This document shows positions 11,647-23,607 of a stretch of 64,000 nt of DNA, one piece after another; position 1 is the stretch's first letter; each line of letters begins with the position of its first letter. The notes beneath the pieces were generated by a model. That model had not been told where the DNA came from, made no database searches, and saw only the letters and a program-made list of their open reading frames with translations. The stretch comes from Paragordius varius (Eukaryota; Animalia; Nematomorpha): assembly GCA_964247055.1 (NCBI GenBank), contig OZ176051.1, positions 13,950,001 to 14,014,000 on the forward strand, in the 5' to 3' direction. The translations under genes were made by a program, and so were the position numbers.

Positions 11647-13408
11647 TTATGGGAAAAGGCGTTGACATATCCAAATGCCATTATTGGTTTCGTTGGCCCA
11701 AAGCGTAGGGTCGGGATCATTAAATTCCAGGGAATTTGATCGGATATGTTCCTTTTTGCGAAAAAGAAATCTATCATGTAATCTGTTCGTTTGCCCTTGC
11801 CAGAATTCTATTCTGTGCGGAATAAGTAGGTAACCACCCCTGTGGAACAGAGATAATATGTATATATATTAAATTATTATTAGGGTTTAAAAAATGTTTT
11901 CCCAAATTTTATCCGTTAAAAAGAAGAAGTAAATCCATATTTTTTCAACTTTTTCGTCCATATTGACAATAAGTAATCAAAATGGGTCTACTGATATATT
12001 TTTAGTACATTTTCCGCCTATTTTGGTGCCTTATCTTTGAGTTGGATCATGCCAACTTACAATTTTTTCGTGTAGTAAAATTATTTTACCGTAAAACATG
12101 AAATAAAAAAAAACAAGAACCCTTATTTAAAACCCTAATTAAATTATCTTGCATAATTTTTTTATTAATTAAAAAATTACATTTACAAGGCATCATTCTT
12201 ATATTTTTCATTATTACTGTTATATTTATATTCAATATAAAATAATAAAACATATCGAGAAAGGGAGGCACAATTACAAGAAGGAAATTAAAATAGGGAC
12301 AAAAAAACAAGTATAGGTGGAAAAATCACATTTCGCGCACACAAAAACGTTTTTATATGTTATTGAAATCACCACCAAAACGTCTATATAGATATATTAA
12401 TTAACTAATAGTTTTTTCTATTGTTCCCTTAAGTTAATATACCAATTTTCAGGGCAATGTAAACCATGTTTTGACTTATTTCCCACATTATTATCGATTT
12501 CGTGTTGAGCCTCAGATTCCAATTCTTCCGTTAATTGCTCCAACGTGTTTCGGTCTTTAACTGGTTGACTTTGGCGGCTTATGATGGCAGATATTTGACT
12601 CCCGCGACATCGTTGGGCAAAATACTCATTATTTTGGTCGGGATTCAACTTTTTACAGTGGCCTTCGAATCGTACAGATCTATGAAGGGGTTCCCAATAC
12701 AGTGTAGCACTTGCATAAGGGTTTTCATTCTAACATTAACATTAAAAAGGCGTTGATAAAAATTTAAAGCGGCCACAAATTTGAAAAGGCGTGGTTCACG
12801 GAAATTTTATTATAAATCTCTTGAATCATTCATAATCATTCGAAATAGAAATATGTTCTACATTACAGGACTTAATAGAAAACAAACAATATTTATACAC
12901 AATAATTTGGTTATAATGTAAAAGGTAGCACAAACAAAAATTACAATAATGCAAATGAGAGAAACAATTAAATTTCGTGCACTTAAAAATTAAGATTAAC
13001 TGTAATTAATATAATATCTTAAAAAAAATTCTATATTTTATGGATTCTAATATTATATTAAATATTTTAAGCTTATTTTTATTAGAGTCGGTTTTAAAAA
13101 AAATTCATTATACCAATTGTATGGCCTTTCTACTGTTGTAATTGGTATAAAACGTTAAATTCAAATCCTTGTCATAATCTTTGAGTAAGACAAATCTCAC
13201 CGAAGGTTTTCCATCCCTCTTCAATTAACAAAACAATAAATAGATACTTTGTAGCAGTTGCTAGGCACATTGCATTAGGTTCGGGAATTTTCATAGATTC
13301 AGCCGCTTCAAACCAGGATTTAAATATTTCATATGGGTCATGTTTTCTCAATTCTTCCGAAAGGCACTGTGCTGGTGAACAATATTCTTGGCGTAAATCT
13401 AAACGCAT
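11647..13408 (-). CDS. PNPO: Pyridoxine/pyridoxamine 5'-phosphate oxidase
   Basis: Exons 13408-13248, 13216-13114, 12729-12443, 11839-11647, all phases consistent. Motifs [70 protein letters not shown], ending QRLFP*. Confidence 0.95.
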
Positions 13409-13524
13409 TAATATGGCATTAAGATACTTTTTAAATCCATAATTCGCCGATGTGTGATTTTATTTCTGAACACATTTAGCATAAAAGATTGGGAACAGGT
13501 GATCTTATGGTTCGATCAGTTTAA

Positions 13525-15531
13525 CACTTCAATTCAAATTGGGGTATGTAAATACCCCAGACTAAATTTGAATTAGAATTTTTAAAAAACAACTAAATTT
13601 ATGCTTCTATCCTAAAAAAAATTATATAAATATGCTAAAATATCTAAATAAATTTTGTTTTGAAAAAAAGGTTCCATGTCAAGCTACTTCGACGCCATTT
13701 TTATTTTATAAACTTTTTGCAAAATATCGTCCTCATTTATTTTTAAGGGTAAAATTAAAGCTAATTTTTTATTTAAATTACACCCAACATTGATAGAAAT
13801 AGAAAAAGCGGTTTATTTTATATTATTTATCAATTTTAACATTGCACACATGTCACGTTGACTAAATTTTTACCTTTCGGTTTTAGCTTAAAATAAGTAA
13901 TATTAAATATTTTTAAATAAATTTTTTTATATTTTTCGGTTTATTAATGTTATATAAGTGCACAATTTTGCCATGGTTTCGATTCCTTCCATATATTTTA
14001 AAGAATTCAATTTTAAACAGGCCTGGGGTATTTTAACTACCCCAATTTGTATCGAAGGACTAAAATGAATATGTTGTATCCAAGTGTTAATCAAATAATT
14101 TGAACGACTAAAGAAATGCCCTAAATATAAGTATGATAACAAATATTTTTAAAAAATTGTTATATATTTACCCAGTTTAGTACTTTTTTTGTCCTAGTTT
14201 ACCTTTTGGAGTAGATTTATATTGCAGATCTCAATTTCGAAAAACTAAAGTTTTGAAAGTTATTTTAGCTAGCATAAAAACATCAATTGTTCTTATGTAT
14301 TAAATAAAATAGCTTTTATTTTTAAGGTGATGATTTCTAGCGTCTATAAATGATAGATTTATAACACGATCGAAACAGTTTTTGACATTTTGTAACCATA
14401 ATATGACTTTATTTACCTGTTGTAGCGATTTTTATAGAAATAAATGGCTGCAAAAAAGTTTAAAATGAGTATTTTACAACTTTTTATTTTTGATTGCGCA
14501 TAAAAGAGTAACGAAAACATACTTTGAATTCAGATAAATAGCTAAAATACGTTGAATATTTAAAAATTCTTTCTTGGAACTACCCCAAAAGGAAACGGAG
14601 TATTTGTCTATACGAACAAAGACGGTTAAAAGATTATATATAATAATTTATCTCGCCGCATGCGGCAAGCGTTAATACAGGCAATAATATAATATAAAGA
14701 TATACCTTGACTTCTTTGCATGTGATATTTTAAACACAGTGACCATTTGGCTTTTTTTCAGAGATGATATACTGGGGTGGTTTTATAACCCAGAGCATAA
14801 TCCCTTAACACGCCATGACATTTTGATTTTAAACCCCATAAAGATAAATTTGGATATCTTTAAAAGTATTTAAGGTATTAAGCCGATTTTAAAATATATT
14901 TTGGCAATTCAGGCGCATTATACAAAAAATCCTCATTTCAAATTATTCGCCGCCATTTTTTGATAATTTATATTAAAACTTGGATCAACACATTCATTTT
15001 TGTCCTTCGATTCGAATTGGGGTAGTTAAATACCCCAGGCCTGTTTAAAATTAAATTCTTTAAAATATATGGAAGGAATCGAAACCGTGCACTTATATAA
15101 CATTAATAAACCGAAAAACATAAAAATATTTATTTAAAAATATTTGATATTACTTATTTTAAGCTAAACCGAGAGGTAAAAATTTAGTCAACGTGACATG
15201 TGTGCAATGGTAAAATTCAAAAATAATACAGTATGAACCGCTTTTTCTATTTCTATCAATGTTAGATGTAATGTAAATAAAAATTTGCTTTAATTTTACC
15301 TTAAAATTAGATGAATACTATATTTTGCAAAAATTTTGTATAATAAAAATGGCGTCGAAGTAGTTTGAGGTGGAACTTTTTTTTCAAAACAAAATTTTTT
15401 TAGATATTTTGGCATATTTATATAATTTTTATTAGGATAGAAGCATAAATTTAAATTGGGACCGTTTCCTTCAGTAGTCCTAAATTTAATTTAGTCTGGG
15501 GTATTTAGATACCCCAATTTGAATCGAAGTG
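13525..15531. mobile_element. piggyBac-type non-autonomous fold-back element with about 600-bp inverted arms
   Basis: TTAA on both flanks (13521-24 and 15532-35) and termini CACTTC..GAAGTG. Arms 13525-14140 and about 14975-15531 are reverse complements. No transposase ORF. Confidence 0.8.
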
Positions 15532-15906
15532 TTAATGACCAATGAAACAGCCAAATAAATGGTTAAAATGCTTTCTGGCTATATTTTACCAGCAAAAATT
15601 CGATATATTTTGATTTTAAATTAATTGTTTGTCAATCGTGTTTTGAGGCCCGATTTTAGACTCTAGAAGTCACAAAATCATTATTTAAAGAACAATGTTT
15701 ATTAAACTTTTGCTAATATAGATTTTAAAACAATAGTTTTTTAAAATTTAGCTCTGTAAAACTACCATAATATTGAATTAGGACGAAAACTGAAAACGTC
15801 ATTAGGTGTTGAATAAATTAATTTTTTATGATTTTATTTAAAATTAAATATCTTGTTCTCCTGTTTTAAATGTAAAAAAACTGTATGAGTTTTCCATTTT
15901 CTAGAG

Positions 15907-16197
15907 CAGAGGCGTCAAACGCAAATGGCTTCGCGAACCACATTTTTATCTCGTAAAACGGCGGTCTGCATTTAAAACAAATACATGGGCTGTCATATTT
16001 ATTAATTTATTAGATTTCAAACATAAAACTCTAAAATGCAAACACATAAAGTTATTGCCAATTAAATATAGACAAAATTAAGAAATTAAAAAACGTTGAT
16101 TTTACTAAGATTTTAGTATATTATAGTATATATGGATGTTCAGAATATTTGCGAGCCGCATATATAGTCTCTGATGGCAGTGTGTTGGCCATCCCTG
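15907..16197. mobile_element. hAT (Charlie-like) MITE
   Basis: Termini cagaggcgtcaaac / gttggccatccctg; perfect 8-bp TSD ttctagag, matching the NTCTAGAN consensus. Confidence 0.85.
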
Positions 16198-16634
16198 TTC
16201 TAGAGTCTAAAATTGGGACAGTTCGAAAACACGATTTAACAAACAAATGGAATCAATACATTTATTTGCCTATTTTATTATCTATTTAAAAAAAAAATGG
16301 CGGCGAAAAAAGTTGATATGATAATTTTTTTACCATATGCATTTTTTTATAAAAAAATATGTATATATAAAGGAATAATATTTTTGAAATGCTGTATAAA
16401 TATATGAATAAAAAATATCACTCTAATTTTTGCGGAATTAATAATCCAAATTTATATGTGCATTGCATTTTTCAAATAAGGAAATAAATCTTTTTTAACA
16501 TGCATGATTTGAAGAGCGTTAAACAACTTTATGAAACATTAAATTATTTTATTTTGCCACTGAAAACGAATATTACAATTTTAAATTTACACATATCAAT
16601 AAAATGGGATGCAAATACCGAATTCCATCTCCTC

Positions 16635-17130
16635 GCGGGGCATCCTGGGTAACGGTACTGTTCGTAAAGAACAGTCAATGAACATCAGTTCATAAGGAAT
16701 AAAACTAGTATGTGGGGCGTGGCGGAATTGAGATTGGCTGTCTCATTTCCTTACAAAATACCACAAACAATGCCTGTATTCACACACATGGTTTTAAAGC
16801 GGGTTTATCTGGGCGCTATAACCAGCAGCCAGATGATAATAACGAAAAATATAAGTCCTTAAAATGTAAGATGGCGTGGGAATTTCCAAAGCCCGGAAAG
16901 GCGCATATCTTGGCCGTAGACTTAAATCTACAAACGGATTGAGAGATTCGAAGTCTTTTCAGACACTCTCTAGCCTACTGGTACAGCGAATAAGGTACTC
17001 TCTCCTCCGAGTTAAGAGGTTGGCTATAAGGGCATATAGTCTATAAAAAGCAAGCCTCATTACTTTTACCATGTTCAACAGCGAAATAATAATGAATAAA
17101 TACTTTTTAAAAAGCGTCTTTTAAAACTTC
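16635..17130. repeat. Dispersed about 480-bp repeat, copy 1 (class unknown)
   Basis: Clear similarity to 33665-33705 plus 34365-34800; more GC-rich than its flanks; no TIR or TSD found. Confidence 0.75.
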
Positions 17131-17244
17131 ATTTTATTTATATATTTTTATACTACAAAATATTAATAATTATATTTATAAATAATACACCTACGAAAAA
17201 GGGAAATGTTGCTACCGGAGAAAAAATCATTTAATAATAAAAAT

Positions 17245-17430
17245 AATAATTTGGTACATGGAATGTCGGAACCCTTGTTGGAAAAGCTTGGATGATAATA
17301 AATGCGATTAGAGAATGAAAACTTGATATATGTTTTTTACAAGAAACACACGTTTTAAAAACGGAGGTAACTATTGACACGAAGGTTTCACACTTTATTA
17401 TGAAGGAGGTTTTACTAATGGATAAAAAAT
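17245..17430 (+). pseudogene. LINE (RTE-like) AP-endonuclease N-terminal relic
   Basis: GTWNVGTLVGKAWMIINAIRE*KLDICFLQETH matches the TWNV..L / DI..LQET endonuclease motifs; internal stop. Confidence 0.7.
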
Positions 17431-17573
17431 AAAAAAATAGAATAACTAAAATTCACAAAACTTACACAAAGGCATATAAAAATTCAGTAATTTATTTGCT
17501 ATTATGTGCATGATGCATATGTATAAAATGGTTAAGTGTAATTGATTAAACATATATATCCTTGGACTAAAGA

Positions 17574-19213
17574 CTATAATGTTTCCATTTCAACCTTATG
17601 GCCACACATGGTACAAATTTTAACATTGGATGAATTTTGAAATGGGATATAGGAGTGTTGACTAGTTAAACAAATATTCTGTTTATCAATTTTGGTCGGC
17701 CTTTTCCACAAAGAACTTCTAACATCCATCCTCAATTCTAGAGCAGACATATAATTACAGTAAGAATTGAAAAATTATACGGACAAAATGTTAAAATATA
17801 AAGGCAAATATTTTTTTGATAAAATACGACCCCATTCTTTATAAATCTCTTGATTTCTTTAAATTAAAATAACTCATTGTTTTAAACTCCAAAGTATCTA
17901 GTAAAAATATATATATACTGATATCACAATCAATTATGTATTTTCCGATTTAACTAAGTAGCTTATATGGGACACATTAAGGTTTTAAAAATTATGGTTG
18001 TCTTTTGAAAAATATTTGTCTTGGTATTTTTACGTTTGGTCCGTATATAATTTCAATCTTAATGCAAGTTTTAAGCGTATAAGTTTAGCGAAAAAATTAA
18101 CAAAGATAATTATGTAATATGCCTTTTTTTCTTCAAAATAATCAGCGGCAGTTACACACAAATATAAATTTTAAGCTTCACTCCATTATTTATTGGATGG
18201 TTTATGCGATATTACATTACTAATATTAATCAAAAGTGACTACATCTTATTTGTCGAATTAAAAAGAACTCCTAAAAAAAGATTAGTTAAATTTGATTTT
18301 TAAGCAAATAAATAAATTAGGAATTGTGTGTTACTTTTTGATGCCCAATATAAGTTTTACAATAAATGAAATAGATGGACAAAACGTAAAAGCTTGACGT
18401 CACACTTTCACCATATAAATATTTTTATAAAACCTAAATGATGAATAACAATTTCGAAATTAATAGGTTAATGATTATTTAAACCTATATTATTCCACAA
18501 TTCGCCAATTAAAACGAGAAGTTATAATAAATAAATAAAGGTAAAATCGCTGCCTATCCATTTAAAAATATACATGTCTTTTAATTTAAAATGTCGTTTA
18601 ATTTTTTAAAAGAATGACCGTTAACTAAATACGTAACTTAATAAACCTTAAATAATATGGTTGACCAACCATTTTAATATACAACCTTTTAATTTTTTGT
18701 TGTATTTCCGCGTCCGCATTTGAGAAGATTTTTCAGTTTTTGAATCTAAAATGTTTTGCATATTTTCTTCCGATCCATGGACTTCCATGGCTCTTTCTTT
18801 TATTTGAAGTTCCAAATAAAGTCTCATATGTCCCCATTTTAAATTATGGGGATTTTTCCGTAAAATAAAAGGGAGTGGGGTACCTCTACGTTCAATATCG
18901 CAATCCTTTAAAGCATATTTGGTTTTTGCATCAGTTTTTGTAATGAGGGAATGTTTTTCTTTGGTATTTCTAAAGGTATATTAAATTGATAAAACTTGCA
19001 TCCGTCACAAACTGGGTACTCAAAACGGGTGTACAAAAATGATTCTTGAAATTTATTTTTGCATTCTAAACACCTGGGAGCATTATGGAGATCTATAGGA
19101 GGAGGAACTTCAATTATTTGACTTTTATGTTGATTATCAAAGTTAGAGCTTTTGTCATCTTCAAGTAAAAACCCGGCATTGGTATCAATAATGCGCTTGA
19201 TTGATAAACTCAT
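17574..19213 (-). CDS. XPA: DNA repair protein XPA (221 aa)
   Basis: Exons 19213-18996, 18969-18686, 17737-17574. Motifs IIDTNAGFLL, zinc finger CLEC..YPVCDGCK, HSLITKTDAKTKYALKDCD, KNPHNLKWGHMRLYLELQI, ELRMDVRSSLWKR, KICTMCGHKVEMETL*. Confidence 0.95.
17758..18064. mobile_element. MITE family C copy in XPA intron 2
   Basis: tacagtaagaattgaaaaattatacggac / ggtccgtatataatttcaatctt inverted arms. Confidence 0.7.
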
Positions 19214-19269
19214 CTCACCCAAAATAATAATTTATCATATGATGCATCTCTAAAGCGTTTGTTTGTAGA

Positions 19270-21537
19270 ATGTCTACCAACCAGATCAATTATTACAAAA
19301 TATTGGATATTTCTATAACTGCTACCAAAAAAGAGGTATATATTTTAATTATTTTTAGTAAAAATGTCTAAAACAAACGAAAGTTATTATGAATTAAGAG
19401 AAAAAAATAATGTTGCTGTTAAAAAATCCCGTATAAAATCTAAAACATCATTTGAGGGCCGCAAATCAAACATTGATCTTCTTAAGGCGGAGAATAAAAT
19501 GTTAGAAAATCAAGTGGCTCAATTGCAACAAGAAATTATCTATTTAAAAAATTTATTAAAAGAAAAAATTGTGCAAAAATAATATATTATATTTACGATA
19601 ATAAATGATAAATAAATGATATTGTATTATTACATGTACCTATATTTAAATTGTTAGATTCTATCGGCTTACAGAAAAAAAGCTTTAATTTATCATCCAG
19701 ATAAGAATATAGATAAAGATACGTCTGCTGATTTTTTACTCATCTCAAAAGCGTTAGAAGTTTTAACAAATGACTTGGCACGACAAGCCTTTGATAAACT
19801 CTTGAGAGCTAAGGAATTGCGAGACCTTAGAAACAAGAATTTGGATGAAAAACGAAAAAAGTTTAAGGCAAATCTCGAGGAAAGGGAAAAGGTATAGTCA
19901 ATATTTAAATCCAAATTAAGTTTGACATTTTTAGAGGTAATGATTAAATAGTTTTATTTAATTATGACAAAATTTTTGTAAGTAAAACATTTTTGTATTA
20001 TTTTTTTTACAAAGCCTTGGCTTTTTTGACAACTTGTAATGAATGCAGCTTTGTACGGTCATATGTTGAAACGAAACGTTTAAAACCATTCAAAACGATT
20101 ATAGTTATGTATTCTTTTTTTCAAAAATTTATTTTTTTTCGTAAAATGGGTATAAATATTTGGAAAGAATGGATAAAACAGGAGCTCCATTGTATTAAGA
20201 ATATCATATTCATAATATAAGAATCACCATAGAGCTCTTGTTTTTTCCATTCTTTACCAAATATTTATACCCATTTAACGAAAAAAAATAAATTTTTGAT
20301 AAAATAAAGTATACATGACTCTAATAAAACATTAATAGCCTTGTGTTTTACCATTGTTTGAAAGATCTGACATACACTAAATTTTGAAATTATGAGATTA
20401 TTAAATTGTATATAGGCGAAATAAAACCATAAACTAAAAAAAATTATCCAAATTCTTTTGAACATACATAAGAGACCAAAATATTTATTTTTGGAAGTAA
20501 TCTAAAATTAAATAATATATTGTGAGATTGAATGGTTGTAATTCTTGTAAATCTAATTATTTTTTAGGATTTTGAAATATACCGCAACAAAGTTAGAGAG
20601 GTAGAGAAAAGAGCCGAAGAAAATATAAAGGCTGAAATTGAACGAATTCGTCGAGAGGGCCAACAAATGCGAAAAGCCGAACAAGAAAAAATCCGTCAAA
20701 TTATATTAAGTAAAATTATAAAACTTCTTTTCTCAATTAACTACTAGTGGTGTTTACTAAAAAAATTTATAGATATTTTAACAGTTTCTTTCTAACTTCA
20801 ATATTTAAATAATTCTGTCTGGTTTGCCCTGGTAATCGAGTTTGCATTAAACTAAATAAAAGTTTTTTACGGACATATAGCCATTAATTTATTTTTTCGT
20901 GTAATTACGTAATTGATAATAAATGGTATACAGTATGTAATTTTAATGGTTGCTTGTTTCACACTACATTATAAAAAGGCAATTTGCAACAGTACAGTAG
21001 AGTATGGAAAAAACGACAAAATATTGAATAAACAATTATTTCCTTTCTTTTTTCCATACACTACTGTGTTGCAAATTGCCCAACTATAGTGTGTAATATG
21101 CACTTATTAAAATGCATACTGAGAAATAGATCTTAAATACTTTTATTTAGTAACGTTTTTAACTTTTTTTATATAAACTATATTACTACTTAATATGGTT
21201 GATGTGAAATATATTTAGCAAAAAAGTTTTTACATGTTTTTAATAGGAAGATTACACTTTACAATATTTGAAAAAGGGTTGTTTGTTGGATATTTTAGTA
21301 ATTTTTATCTCTTTTTTGTGTTTTAAAGGATCTCAACAGGAAAATGATGAGGTATCAGAACAAAAAAATACAGCTCAGAATTTCGATTTGACTGCAAAAA
21401 TAACAGGATTACCAACCCACTTAGTAGAGAATCAAGACCCAAACATTCCATTATTAAGCAATCAAAATTTCAATTTGGAAGATTACGTCTTGCAACGAAT
21501 CAAACGAACTCATGAAAAAATGAAGGCTGGCAGCTAG
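19270..21537 (+). CDS. DNAJC17: DnaJ homolog subfamily C member 17 (Cwc23-like)
   Basis: Exons 19270-19335, 19658-19891, 20568-20709 and about 21329-21537. Translation MSTNQINYYKILDISITATKKE|ILSAYRKKALIYHPDKN..ISKALEVLTNDLARQAFDKLLRAK..LDEKRKKFKANLEEREK|..EIERIRREG.. and C-terminal EDYVLQRIKR. Confidence 0.9.
19364..19582 (+). CDS. Minimal C/EBP-type (C/EBP-gamma-like) bZIP transcription factor, 72 aa, nested in DNAJC17 intron 1
   Basis: Intact ORF with basic region YYELREKNNVAVKKSRIKSK (cf. YRQRRERNNMAVKKSRLKSK) and heptads LKAENKMLENQVAQLQQEIIYLKNLL; AATAAA at about 19604 and 19612, before the distal DNAJC17 acceptor. Confidence 0.85.
   Translation: MSKTNESYYELREKNNVAVKKSRIKSKTSFEGRKSNIDLLKAENKMLENQVAQLQQEIIYLKNLLKEKIVQK
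20125..20297. mobile_element. Palindromic MITE-like hairpin in DNAJC17 intron 2
   Basis: aaatgggtataaatatttggaaagaatgga..gagctc / gagctc..ccattctttaccaaatatttatacccattt inverted arms. Confidence 0.6.
20931..21121. mobile_element. MITE family B copy
   Basis: ta|cagtatg ... gcatactg termini; ggcaatttgcaac / gttgcaaattgcc arms. Confidence 0.8.
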
Positions 21538-21548
21538 TTAACAATATA

Positions 21549-21711
21549 TACCATTTACAATTCAAATTCACCCTCAAATAATATTTGTTTTAAATTAAAA
21601 TAGTACTGAAAAAATAACCAACTTTGCCATAAATATATATTTTATATTAATAATGTGTTATATTAGTTCGAAAACACAAAATATATTTTTGAATTTGAAC
21701 TGTAAATGGTA
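21549..21711. mobile_element. MITE family E copy
   Basis: taccatttacaattcaaattcaccct / gaatttgaactgtaaatggta termini, TA flanks. Confidence 0.8.
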
Positions 21712-21732
21712 TAATATCTATAGAGCTAAATA

Positions 21733-21939
21733 CAGTATGCATCATTTTAATGGTGGCTTATTTCCCACACTATAGTAGGAGGGCAATTTGCAACACAGTA
21801 CAGTGGTGTATGAAAAAAAAACAAAAAAATGTTGGCATAAACAATTATTTTTTTTTATTTTTTTTCCATACACTCCTGTATTGCAAATTGCCCTCCTATT
21901 AAAGTGTAAAAAAATAAAAAACCATAAAAATGCATACTG
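21733..21939. mobile_element. MITE family B copy
   Basis: ta|cagtatgcat ... atgcatactg|ta. Confidence 0.85.
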
Positions 21940-22056
21940 TAATTAAATTGAAAATTTTAGCATTTATCATTGTGTTTTTATATAATAAATAAATATATTT
22001 ATATGGATTAGAGGGAGAAAATTTTTAAGTTTTTCGCCATTTTTTTATGTAATTCT

Positions 22057-23561
22057 CTAGAAACCGTATTTCATTCGTGATTGTTTTCGGGCATTTTTGT
22101 TGGAGGCCCATTGATTTTGGAGCATGGCTTCATTTTCTTTGGCCTATGTTTGCAAAAATGATGTGTTAACTCGATATCAAAATATATATACCATTTACAA
22201 TTCAAATTCACCCTAAAAATAAATTATGTGTTTTTTCGGGATAATATAATTCATCATAAATCTGAAATATATTTTTAGGAGATAGTTTTTTTTCAGCATT
22301 ATATTAATTTTAAACAGAAATACATATTTTAAAAATATTATAAAATATAAGTAATTTTTAATCTTAAAAAACATATTTTAGGGTGAATTTAAACGGTAAA
22401 TGGTATATACAAACATGATAAAACCTGCACCCAAGATTGATTTTATTTATTTTATATTAATTTTTATGATCAAAATTCATCCAATATATTAAATTAATCA
22501 ATTATAAAAATCTTATAAAAGATGGCAAAATAATAAATGGTTTAACTCATTTTGTATCAATTGTACATTATTCATTTTAATGGCTGCTTATTTTACACTA
22601 TATAGTAGGGCAATTTGCAACAGCACAGTACTGTATTGGAAAAAAGAAAGAAAACAACCAAATGTTTAATAAACCTTTCTTTTTTCCATACACTGCTGTA
22701 CTGTTGTAAATTGCCCAACTTACTATAGTACTGTGAAATAAGCAACCATTAAAATATATATAATCTGAGAAGGACAATAAGAAAACAGGGATGTCTAACA
22801 CAAATGTCTTTGTGGATTGCTTTCTTTCGTTTTTTTATACACATATTAAAGGTCAATTTTGGTTGAGATATACTTTCGTCGTAAAATTTTAATTAAAATC
22901 AACAAGGTTTTATTTTTTAAAGTTACCGAACAAAGCGTTTTGAATGAACATTCCTTCTGAATTAAAATAACTAGACCCAAAAAATTAATTGATAATTATT
23001 ATGCATGTAATTTTTGTTCAATTCTAATTTCCAACATGCGGCAGTCGTCCGCGGCATTCTGTGTTCTGCCCGCGAAAAAATACCAAAACTATTGAATAAA
23101 AAATCTTTGCAGAGATAACTATCATTTTTGCTTTAAAAAATTGCTTTATTTTTCAAATGTTCAAGTCATTGGTTATTTATATATATCTTGAATTATGACA
23201 TAGTGAAATAATCATCCGTTGTTCTTTTATATTTTGTTTTAAATATGAACGCCCGACAATTTTTTGAGAAAAAAATGCGGCTAGCGAAGCCAGTAGTGTG
23301 GACAGCCAGCCCTGTTTTAACCAACAAAATTCTCGATGGAGTAATTAATAAGTTATAAATACCATTTTCAATTGAAATTCACCCTAAAAATAGTATATTA
23401 TGTGTTTTCGGGCTAATATTACTCGCCATTAATATGAAATATATACTTACGCCATAGTTTATTATTTTTTCAGCATTATATTAATTTTAAACAGAATTTT
23501 CTATTATATAAATATTATAAAAAAAGTGTAATTTTTAATCTTTTTTAGGGTAAATTTAAAG

Positions 23562-23607
<46 letters not shown>

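Noticed and set aside
12418-12756. ORF-track entries 12418-12648 (-) and 12535-12756 (+) as separate genes
   Set aside because: The first is part of PNPO exon 3; the second is its antisense shadow.
19693-19914. 73-aa minus-strand ORF
   Set aside because: Antisense of DNAJC17 exon 2.
23270-23315. Possible Helitron 3' end (ggctagcgaagccagtagt) or hAT terminus
   Set aside because: No matching 5' end or TSD could be established.
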